DNA of 50,200 nt, taken from contig JANRJP010000067.1 in assembly GCA_033763905.1 (NCBI GenBank), positions 1 through 50,200 on the forward strand. The letters are read 5' to 3'. Position 1 is the first letter of the stretch, and every line of letters begins with the position of its first letter. A program made the position numbers and the translations under genes. This DNA is from Gemmatimonadaceae bacterium. GTDB taxonomy: Bacteria > Gemmatimonadota > Gemmatimonadetes > Gemmatimonadales > Gemmatimonadaceae. Under the pieces are notes generated by a model. It was not told where the DNA came from. It searched no databases and worked only from the letters and a program-made list of their open reading frames with translations. Positions 43,908 to 50,200 of the stretch are shown here, in pieces.

Positions 43908-44957
43908 ATGAGTCTCAAGTTCCTCGCCGTCTGCGACGGCAAGTTCGGTCCGATCAGCTCCAAGACCGCCAATGGTGCGATCCGCTTCACGCCGGAGCGC
44001 GTCGCGGCCGTGCTCGACACGACCTGCCAGCAGAAGACGGCAGGCGAGGTCCTCGGCTACGGTGGCGACATTCCCGTCGTGCACAGCTTCGCGGACGGGC
44101 TTGCCGCCGGCGCGAACGCGCTGTTGATCGGTATTGCGCCGCAGGGCGGGGGCCTGCCTCCCTCGTGGCGCGGATGGATTCGCGAAGCCATCGAGCGGAA
44201 GATGGAGATCTGGAGTGGCCTCCACTTCTTCATCAGCGACGACCCCGAGTTCGCCGCGCTCGCCGCCACGCACGGCACCGTCATCCGCGACCTTCGGAAG
44301 CCGCCTGCCGACCTGCCGGTGTCGACGGGCCGCGTGCGAGAGGTTGCCAGCACGGTCATCCTGACCGTCGGCAGCGATTGCAATATGGGCAAGATGACCA
44401 GCCAGCTCGAGCTCCGGAACATCCTCAAGCGGCGCGGACGCTCGGTGGCGTTCGCGGGCACCGGGCAGACCGGCGTGCTCATCGAAGGCTGGGGCATCGC
44501 GGTCGATGCCGTGATCGCGGACTTTGTCGGCGGCGCCGCCGAGCGACTGACGCTCGATGCGGCGGCGGCGGGCGACATCGTGCTCGTCGAGGGCCAAGGC
44601 TCGATCATTCACCCGGGCTATAGCGGCGTGACCTTCGGCCTGATTCACGGCTCGCTGCCGCACGCGTTCATCCTGTGCCATCAGCCGAGCCGGACGTCGA
44701 TCGACAACAACCCGTGGGTGAAGATTCCGCCGCTCAAGGAGCTGGTGCGGATGCACGAGGATGTCGTGAAGCACCTGCGACCGGCGCCGGTGATCGGTAT
44801 CTGCCTGAACACGTTCGATCTCTCCGAGGCGGACGCGCGGGCCGCCATCGCCCGTGCGCAGGATGAAACGGGACTGCCGGCCACCGATCCAGTGCGCTTC
44901 GGCGGCGACAACGTGGCGGACGCGATCGAGCGCTTCCACACGACGCGGCCGCGCTAA
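43908..44957 (+). CDS. DUF1611 family P-loop protein (DgcN-like)
   Basis: KTANGAIRF, IGIAPQGG, SGLH, VGSDCNMGKMT, TGQTG, DAVIADF and VEGQGS. Confidence 0.88.
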   Translation: MSLKFLAVCDGKFGPISSKTANGAIRFTPERVAAVLDTTCQQKTAGEVLGYGGDIPVVHSFADGLAAGANALLIGIAPQGGGLPPSWRGWIREAIERKMEIWSGLHFFISDDPEFAALAATHGTVIRDLRKPPADLPVSTGRVREVASTVILTVGSDCNMGKMTSQLELRNILKRRGRSVAFAGTGQTGVLIEGWGIAVDAVIADFVGGAAERLTLDAAAAGDIVLVEGQGSIIHPGYSGVTFGLIHGSLPHAFILCHQPSRTSIDNNPWVKIPPLKELVRMHEDVVKHLRPAPVIGICLNTFDLSEADARAAIARAQDETGLPATDPVRFGGDNVADAIERFHTTRPR

Positions 44958-45001
44958 GCGCGACGTGCGACCTGCCGCCGACTGGCGGCCGGCGCGCCGG
45001 A

Positions 45002-45040
45002 GACGGCGCATCGCAGCTTCGGCTGCGGTGCGCCGTTCTG
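45002..45040 (+). terminator. Probable terminator hairpin after the DUF1611 gene
   Basis: ACGGCGCATCGCAGC-TTCG-GCTGCGGTGCGCCGT (C-UUCG-G tetraloop) followed by TCTGCATT. Confidence 0.7.
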
Positions 45041-45163
45041 CATTCGAAAGCTCCTGTTCGCGGCGTTCGGATGATGTTGGCGTGACGCGCTGACGCGAGT
45101 ATCCCCGTGCACGCGGCGGGGCGGTCCCGCCATCGGCATCGGATCCTTCACCGGAGACCCCCT

Positions 45164-45364
45164 ATGCGCAGCATCCGCCCCTCGCTCCTCGCGCTCTGTG
45201 TCGTCGTGACGGCTGCGGTTTCGCCGACGACCGCGCGCGCCGACGCCTGCACCGAGACCGTCATCGCCGAATGCACCGCCGAGTTTCCCGACAAAGGGGG
45301 AGGCCTCGGCCTCTCGCTCCGCGGCTGGTGTTTTCTCTACGGCTTGGCGGCCTGCAAGCTCTGA
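45164..45364 (+). CDS. Secreted Cys-rich peptide precursor 1 (66 aa; twin Cx7C)
   Basis: GGAG RBS. Signal MRSIRPSLLALCVVVTAAVSPTTARA, predicted mature DACTETVIAECTAEFPDKGGGLGLSLRGWCFLYGLAACKL. Paralogous to the next ORF. Confidence 0.85.
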   Translation: MRSIRPSLLALCVVVTAAVSPTTARADACTETVIAECTAEFPDKGGGLGLSLRGWCFLYGLAACKL

Positions 45365-45408
45365 CTCCCTCGCGCGGTTCCTGCCCAATCCTCCACTCGG
45401 AGTTTCCT

Positions 45409-45606
45409 ATGCAGATCAAGCGCTTTGCCTTCGCCGCCGCGCTCGCCGCGGCCGCCGTCGCCCCGGCCCCCGCCGCCGCCGATCCCTGCGTCGATCAGGC
45501 GGTCAACTCCTGCGACCGCGAGTTCCCCAAGAACGACTTCTACCTCATCTCGATCCGCGGCTACTGCTACCTGATCCGCCTCGGGATGTGCAAGGTGGGC
45601 TGGTGA
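45409..45606 (+). CDS. Secreted Cys-rich peptide precursor 2 (65 aa; twin Cx7C)
   Basis: GGAG RBS. Signal MQIKRFAFAAALAAAAVAPAPAAA, predicted mature DPCVDQAVNSCDREFPKNDFYLISIRGYCYLIRLGMCKVGW. Confidence 0.88.
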   Translation: MQIKRFAFAAALAAAAVAPAPAAADPCVDQAVNSCDREFPKNDFYLISIRGYCYLIRLGMCKVGW

Positions 45607-46082
45607 TGCTCCGCGTCGCACTCGCGGCCCTCGTGCTCTCCCTCGTGGGGAGCACGGTGGTCGCGGGTCGGCCGGACGCCGACCCGCCACGCCGCCTCGA
45701 CCCCGCACAATTGCCGCTGCATCGTACCACCGCAGCGCCCACGCTTCGACAGCCCCGCGCACCGGCCGCATACTTGTTCGTCGCGGCCACGTGCCCGCAC
45801 TGCGCTGGTCTCAGTCGCTATACCGATTCCCTCCGCCTCGCCCTCGGAGTCCCCCTCGTGATCGTCAGTCTCGATCCGCTCGACGTCGCCGAGTCCTGGC
45901 GCAGCCGCACGCGACTGCTCGCCCCGGTGATCGCCGACACCGCCCGCGCGATGCGGCGCGCGCTGCTCGTGCAGTACGTGCCGACACTCGTCACGATTGA
46001 TCGCGCGCAGACGACACGCACCGTCGTCGGTGCAGGCCGCCGGGTCGACGTCCGACGTGCGATGGACGCGCTACGCCAATGA
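45606..46082 (+). CDS. Exported thioredoxin-fold (redoxin/TlpA-like) protein with a CPHC site
   Basis: Hydrophobic N-terminus, YLFVAATCPHC, VIVSLD and cis-Pro loop QYVPTLVTID. TGATG overlap with peptide 2. Confidence 0.8.
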   Translation: MLRVALAALVLSLVGSTVVAGRPDADPPRRLDPAQLPLHRTTAAPTLRQPRAPAAYLFVAATCPHCAGLSRYTDSLRLALGVPLVIVSLDPLDVAESWRSRTRLLAPVIADTARAMRRALLVQYVPTLVTIDRAQTTRTVVGAGRRVDVRRAMDALRQ

Positions 46083-46819
46083 GCCACGTCCGACGGATCG
46101 CCGCGGTGATGCACCGCGAGCTGGTCGGCCAACGGCGCGGTCGCCTCATCTGGTGGGGCGCGCTGCTCACCGGCGTCGGCGTGCTCGGCGTCGGCGCCAC
46201 GCGCGAGCAACCACTGGCGGCCATCAACGTCGGCGCGTTCCTGCTGGTACTCGTCGTGTCGGCGCTGGTCACCGGCCGCATCGGCGATGATCTCGAACGC
46301 GGCGCGCTCCAACTTGATCTGCTCGCGGGCGCGTCGAGCCTTACGATCGTGCTCGGCACCGTGGCGGGCGTGCTGCTCGCCGCCACGCCGTCGGCCGGCC
46401 TTGCGATCGCGCTGACGTGGCCGGCGCTGCGTCAGCTCAGCGCGGCCGACGCGGCACTCCTCGGCGCACTCTTCATCGCCCTCGCCAGCGCGTGGGCCGC
46501 GCTCGGCGCCACACTCGGCGCGATCGTCACCGGCAAAGCGAATGCGGCCCTGCTGTTCCCGTTGGCGACGGTGGGGGCGCTGGCGCCTGCCTCGCTCCCG
46601 CTGCAGTCACTGCCCGCACCCCTCGCCGAGCTCACCCGTCAACTGTGGAGCGCGCTCCCGCTGACGCACCACGTGTCTGCCGTGGCGTCCGCGGTGGTCG
46701 CGGGAGCGCCGCTGCCGGTGGCGAATCTCACCATCGTCGCCGCAGGCGCCGTGCTGCTGCCAATGGCCGCGGCCTTCGTCCTCGAACTTCGCATCGCGTC
46801 CGGGAGGTGGAACGGATGA
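46079..46819 (+). CDS. ABC-2 type permease
   Basis: IAAVMHREL N-terminus, about 6 TM helices, DDLERGALQLDL and LPLTH. ATGA overlaps at both ends. Confidence 0.78.
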   Translation: MSHVRRIAAVMHRELVGQRRGRLIWWGALLTGVGVLGVGATREQPLAAINVGAFLLVLVVSALVTGRIGDDLERGALQLDLLAGASSLTIVLGTVAGVLLAATPSAGLAIALTWPALRQLSAADAALLGALFIALASAWAALGATLGAIVTGKANAALLFPLATVGALAPASLPLQSLPAPLAELTRQLWSALPLTHHVSAVASAVVAGAPLPVANLTIVAAGAVLLPMAAAFVLELRIASGRWNG

Positions 46820-47754
46820 CCCACACACTCGAACTGCGTGACGTCGTGCGCACGTATCCCGGCGCCGCCGCGCGCGGACGGCCGCCGGCGCTGCAAGGCA
46901 TCTCGCTCACCTTGGCTCCCGGTTCCTTCGTGGGGCTGCTCGGTCCCAATGGCGCCGGCAAGACGACGCTCCTGCGCTGTGCCGCCGGGCTCCTGCGGCC
47001 CGATCGCGGTGAGGTGGCGTGGTTCGGCCGCGTGCTGCCTCGGCGCCTGCCACGCAGCGTCGCGTTCGTCGCCGATTCGCCGGCGTACTACGCGTTCTTC
47101 ACCGTGCGCGAAGCGGTCGAGTACTACGCGGCGCTGCACGACGTGCCGCCCGCCGAGCGAGGGGCGGCGGCGAGCCACGTGCTTGAGGCCGTGGCACTCG
47201 CGCCGCACGCCGACAAGCGCGTCGGCGAGCTCTCCCGCGGGATGACGCAACGGCTGGGGCTCGCGCAAGCGCTGGCCGGTCGACCCAAGCTGCTGCTCCT
47301 CGACGAAACACTGGCCGGCCTCGATCCCGTGACGCGCCGAGTCGTCTGCGAATTGCTCCGCCGCCTGGTGCGAGACGGCTGCTCCGTTGTGCTCTCGACG
47401 CACGACGTGGCGGCACTCGAGCAGGTCGCCGATCGCGTCATCGTCCAGCAGGACGGACGCTTCATTCACGAAGTCGATCCTCGCACGCTCACCTGGGCCC
47501 GCTGGCTCGCGCTCGAGGTCCCTGAGCCGGCAGCGGCTGCGCAGCTGCTCGCGGACCTCCGCCCCTGGGTGCATCGCGGCACGCTGTGCGTGCCGTTGGA
47601 CGGCCGTTCGCCTGAATCCGTGCTCGCCACCGTTCGCGCCGCGGGTGTGGCGCCGTTGGCGAGCCGAGTGGAGACCGACGATCTCGAAGCCCGCTATCTG
47701 GCGGCCATCACCGCATCGAGCACGCCCGACTCGGCCGCCCAGGAGGTCGCCTGA
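46816..47754 (+). CDS. ABC transporter ATP-binding protein
   Basis: GPNGAGKTT, LSRGMTQR, LLLLDE, STH and a C-terminal DLEARYL. Confidence 0.92.
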   Translation: MTHTLELRDVVRTYPGAAARGRPPALQGISLTLAPGSFVGLLGPNGAGKTTLLRCAAGLLRPDRGEVAWFGRVLPRRLPRSVAFVADSPAYYAFFTVREAVEYYAALHDVPPAERGAAASHVLEAVALAPHADKRVGELSRGMTQRLGLAQALAGRPKLLLLDETLAGLDPVTRRVVCELLRRLVRDGCSVVLSTHDVAALEQVADRVIVQQDGRFIHEVDPRTLTWARWLALEVPEPAAAAQLLADLRPWVHRGTLCVPLDGRSPESVLATVRAAGVAPLASRVETDDLEARYLAAITASSTPDSAAQEVA

Positions 47755-48374
47755 TGGATACTCGTCTTCGTCGGGCGGTGTCGATCGCCCTGGTCGTGCA
47801 CCTGATGTCGGCCGGCCTGCTGCTGTTGCGCGTCTTGCCGGCACTGGAGCTCCGCGTGAGCGCTTTGCCGCTGATGCAGGGCAGCCTCAGCGGACTGCTG
47901 GTGCTGGTCGCGTTGATCCCCTCGGTGCCGGCGGTCCTCGTGGGCTGGCTCGCGTGGCCGGCAGCGACCACCACATCCGATGCCGACGACACGGCGATCA
48001 CCCTGTGGGCGACAGGGCTCGCCGCGGCCGTGCTCGACGCGGTGGCACGGACGGCGGCGGCGTGGTGGCAGCCACTCCCGTCGACCATTGGCGAGTTGAT
48101 GCTGCTCGTGCTGGTCCCGGTCGACGCGGTGGGACGGGTCGCGACGCTGCTCGGGGCTCCGCTTTCCCGCTGGGCCGCCCCCGTCGGATCGCTCGGTGTC
48201 GCCGCCGCGGTGGCCGCGGCCTGCTTCGCCGCCTCGGCGGCGGTGGTGCAGCGTCGCCGGGGCCGAGTGGTGGCCAGCTTTGCCGGTGCCGGATGCGTGG
48301 CGGCGGCGCTGGTCGTGGTCGCCATTTTCCGCACGGCGCCGCTCGTGACCGACCTCTGGATCCGCGTGACCTGA
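47754..48374 (+). CDS. Hypothetical integral membrane protein
   Basis: About 5-6 hydrophobic segments. TGATG overlap with the ABC ATPase gene. Confidence 0.7.
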   Translation: MDTRLRRAVSIALVVHLMSAGLLLLRVLPALELRVSALPLMQGSLSGLLVLVALIPSVPAVLVGWLAWPAATTTSDADDTAITLWATGLAAAVLDAVARTAAAWWQPLPSTIGELMLLVLVPVDAVGRVATLLGAPLSRWAAPVGSLGVAAAVAAACFAASAAVVQRRRGRVVASFAGAGCVAAALVVVAIFRTAPLVTDLWIRVT

Positions 48375-48425
48375 GCCGCGCCGACGTATGGCACGCGTGA
48401 CGTCGACCGGCGAGATTTCGGGATC

Positions 48426-49841
48426 GTGACGCCACAACTCCGCCTCTTCAACACGATGTCCCGCACCATCGAGCCGTTCGCGCCCAGTGACGGCGAGACG
48501 GTGCGGATGTACACGTGCGGGCCCACCGTCTACAACCCGGCCCACCTTGGCAACTTCCGCACCTTCCTCTTCGAGGACCTGATGCGGCGGGTGCTTCGCC
48601 TTGCCGGTTGGCGCGTCGTGCAGGTGATGAACCTGACCGATGTCGACGACAAGATCATCAAGCGCGCGGTCGCACAGCAGAAGACGATTCGCGAGATCAC
48701 CGAGCCGGTCACGGAGGTCTTCCATTCCGACCGCCGCTGGTTGCGCATCGAAGACGCCGAGCATTATCCCAAGGCCACCGAGTTCATCGCCGAGCAGATC
48801 GCGCTCGTCGAGACGCTCATGGCGAAGGGCGTGGCGTACCTCGCGGACGACGGCACGGTGTACTTCGCGATCGGCAAGTTCCCCGGGTACGGTCGCCTGT
48901 CGCGTCTCGATACGCGCGAGATCCGGTCCGGCGCGCGCGTCGCGCAGGACGACTACGCGAAGGAGAACGCACAGGATTTTGCCCTGTGGAAGGCGGCCAA
49001 GCCCGAAGACGAAGCCTGCGGCGCGGCGTGGGATTCTCCCTGGGGCCGGGGACGGCCCGGCTGGCACCTCGAATGCTCGGCGATGGCGATGAGCATTCTC
49101 GGCGAGACCCTCGACCTGCACTGCGGTGGTGTGGACCTCGTCTTCCCGCACCACGAAGACGAGATCGCGCAGAGTGAAGCGGCGACGGGGAAGGAGTTTT
49201 CGCGCTTCTGGTGCCACGGGGAGTTCCTGCTCACCGACGGCGCCAAGATGGCCAAGCGCGTCGGCAACACCTTCACGGTGCAGGATCTGCGTGCCGAGGG
49301 CATGGACCCGGCGGCGGTGCGGCACTTCGTGTTCACGACGCACTATCGGCAGCAGCTCAATCTGGTCCCCGAGGCGCTCGACGCCGCAACGGCGGCGGTC
49401 CGTCGCGTTGGCGCCTTGGCCGAGCGGCTCGCGACGGCGCGGGGCGCTGCACCGTCGCTGGCGGTGGCTGCGTCCGAGGCCGAGCAGGCGGCGGTGGCGG
49501 CGCTGTGCGACGATTTGAATGCGCCGCAGGCCTTGGCGGCGTTCTATACGTTCGTGACCGCCGCCAACCGTGCGCTCGACGAAGGCGACAGTGACGCGGC
49601 CGCGCTCGCCGAGGGGCGTCGGGTGTTCGAGAAGCTCAACGGCGTGTTTGATCTCATTCCCTTGCCGAAGGCGGCCGATCAGGAACTGGCGGCGTGGGTC
49701 GAGGAGCGCATTGCCGCGCGCGCGGCCGCTCGGGCGGCGCGGGATTTCGCCACGGCCGACGCCATTCGCGACGAGATCACCGCGCGCGGGGTGCTGATCG
49801 AGGATGCGGCAGGCAAGACCGGGTGGAAGCTCAAGGGCTAG
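48426..49841 (+). CDS. cysS: Cysteine--tRNA ligase
   Basis: MYTCGPTVY, HLGN, TDVDDKII, DFALWK, GRPGWHLECSAM, FPHHEDEIAQ and KMAKR. Confidence 0.96.
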   Translation: MTPQLRLFNTMSRTIEPFAPSDGETVRMYTCGPTVYNPAHLGNFRTFLFEDLMRRVLRLAGWRVVQVMNLTDVDDKIIKRAVAQQKTIREITEPVTEVFHSDRRWLRIEDAEHYPKATEFIAEQIALVETLMAKGVAYLADDGTVYFAIGKFPGYGRLSRLDTREIRSGARVAQDDYAKENAQDFALWKAAKPEDEACGAAWDSPWGRGRPGWHLECSAMAMSILGETLDLHCGGVDLVFPHHEDEIAQSEAATGKEFSRFWCHGEFLLTDGAKMAKRVGNTFTVQDLRAEGMDPAAVRHFVFTTHYRQQLNLVPEALDAATAAVRRVGALAERLATARGAAPSLAVAASEAEQAAVAALCDDLNAPQALAAFYTFVTAANRALDEGDSDAAALAEGRRVFEKLNGVFDLIPLPKAADQELAAWVEERIAARAAARAARDFATADAIRDEITARGVLIEDAAGKTGWKLKG

Positions 49842-49857
49842 CGGCGCTGCGGCGCAG

Positions 49858-49885
49858 TTGACCCCTGCGGTCGAGTCTCTAGATT
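49858..49885 (+). promoter_or_regulatory. sigma70-type promoter of the tRNA operon
   Basis: TTGACC (49858-49863), 16-nt spacer, TAGATT (49880-49885), about 20 nt before tRNA-Thr. Confidence 0.65.
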
Positions 49886-49904
49886 TGTAGGTCTGCACGT
49901 CCCC

Positions 49905-49977
49905 GCTGACGTAGCTCAATTGGCAGAGCACCTGATTTGTAATCAGGCGGTTGCGAGTTCGATTCTCGCCGTCAGCT
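49905..49977 (+). tRNA. tRNA-Thr(TGT)
   Basis: Acceptor GCTGACG/CGTCAGC, anticodon arm CCTGA-TTTGTAA-TCAGG and T-loop GTTCGATT. No encoded CCA. Confidence 0.96.
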
Positions 49978-50010
49978 CTACCGTTGCGACAGGGGGAGCA
50001 GGCAGACCCT

Positions 50011-50093
50011 GGTGGGATACCCAAGCGGCCAACGGGAGCAGACTGTAAATCTGCCGGCTCACGCCTTCGAAGGTTCGAATCCTTCTCCCACCA
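50011..50093 (+). tRNA. tRNA-Tyr(GTA)
   Basis: Acceptor GGTGGGA/TCCCACC, GCAGA-CTGTAAA-TCTGC, long variable arm and GTTCGAATC. Confidence 0.96.
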
Positions 50094-50125
50094 TTGTGTA
50101 GTGATTCTGGTTCGATAGCAGGTCC

Positions 50126-50198
50126 GCGGGAGTAGCTCAGTTGGTAGAGCGCCAGCCTTCCAAGCTGGATGTCGCGAGTTCGAGCCTCGTCTCCCGCT
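50126..50198 (+). tRNA. tRNA-Gly(TCC)
   Basis: Acceptor GCGGGAG/CTCCCGC, CCAGC-CTTCCAA-GCTGG and GTTCGAG. The Thr-Tyr-Gly order matches the conserved tufB-leading tRNA cluster. Confidence 0.96.
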
Positions 50199-50200
50199 CT

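Noticed and set aside
45164..45606. Assigning the peptides to lanthipeptide, sactipeptide/ranthipeptide, glycocin or class II double-glycine bacteriocin classes
   Set aside because: There are no modifying enzymes or C39 peptidase transporter nearby, and the leaders look like Sec signals rather than GG leaders.
48389..48404. sigma54-like TGGCACG upstream of cysS (and TGGCAC near 20465)
   Set aside because: There is no TTGC -12 element at the required spacing.
48426..49841. cysS as part of the Cys-peptide cluster
   Set aside because: It is an ordinary housekeeping synthetase separated by a 51-nt gap. Nothing beyond adjacency links it.
49905..50198. tRNA-anchored genomic island or prophage
   Set aside because: I saw no integrase, duplicated tRNA end or phage genes. 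The cluster has the standard Thr-Tyr-Gly order.

Overview
A high-GC bacterial chromosome segment. The gene content and order suggest Gemmatimonadota, but this is inference. It is densely coding and mostly housekeeping: ligA, ferritin, pdp, gyrB/dciA/recF, mtnA, glpK, cutA, uvrA, sdaAB/sdaAA, pspA, cysS and a tRNA-Thr/Tyr/Gly cluster. I saw no transposase, prophage, CRISPR array or rRNA. The strongest candidate for an undescribed system is at 45164-48374. It holds two tandem paralogous signal-peptide-bearing precursors whose ~40-aa mature parts have a twin Cx7C motif, followed by overlapping genes for a CPHC thioredoxin-fold protein, an ABC permease, an ABC ATPase and a membrane protein. This looks like a disulfide-stapled peptide (bacteriocin/RiPP-like) cluster. 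Other notable items: a complete archaeal-style nurA-herA-mre11-rad50 operon; a PTPS-II/folE/SDR operon suggesting tetrahydrobiopterin synthesis, preceded by a ~200-nt structured non-coding element; a 53-aa membrane ORF missing from the ORF track; and a ligA that appears to need a CTG start codon. All calls come from reading motifs by eye, without database searches.
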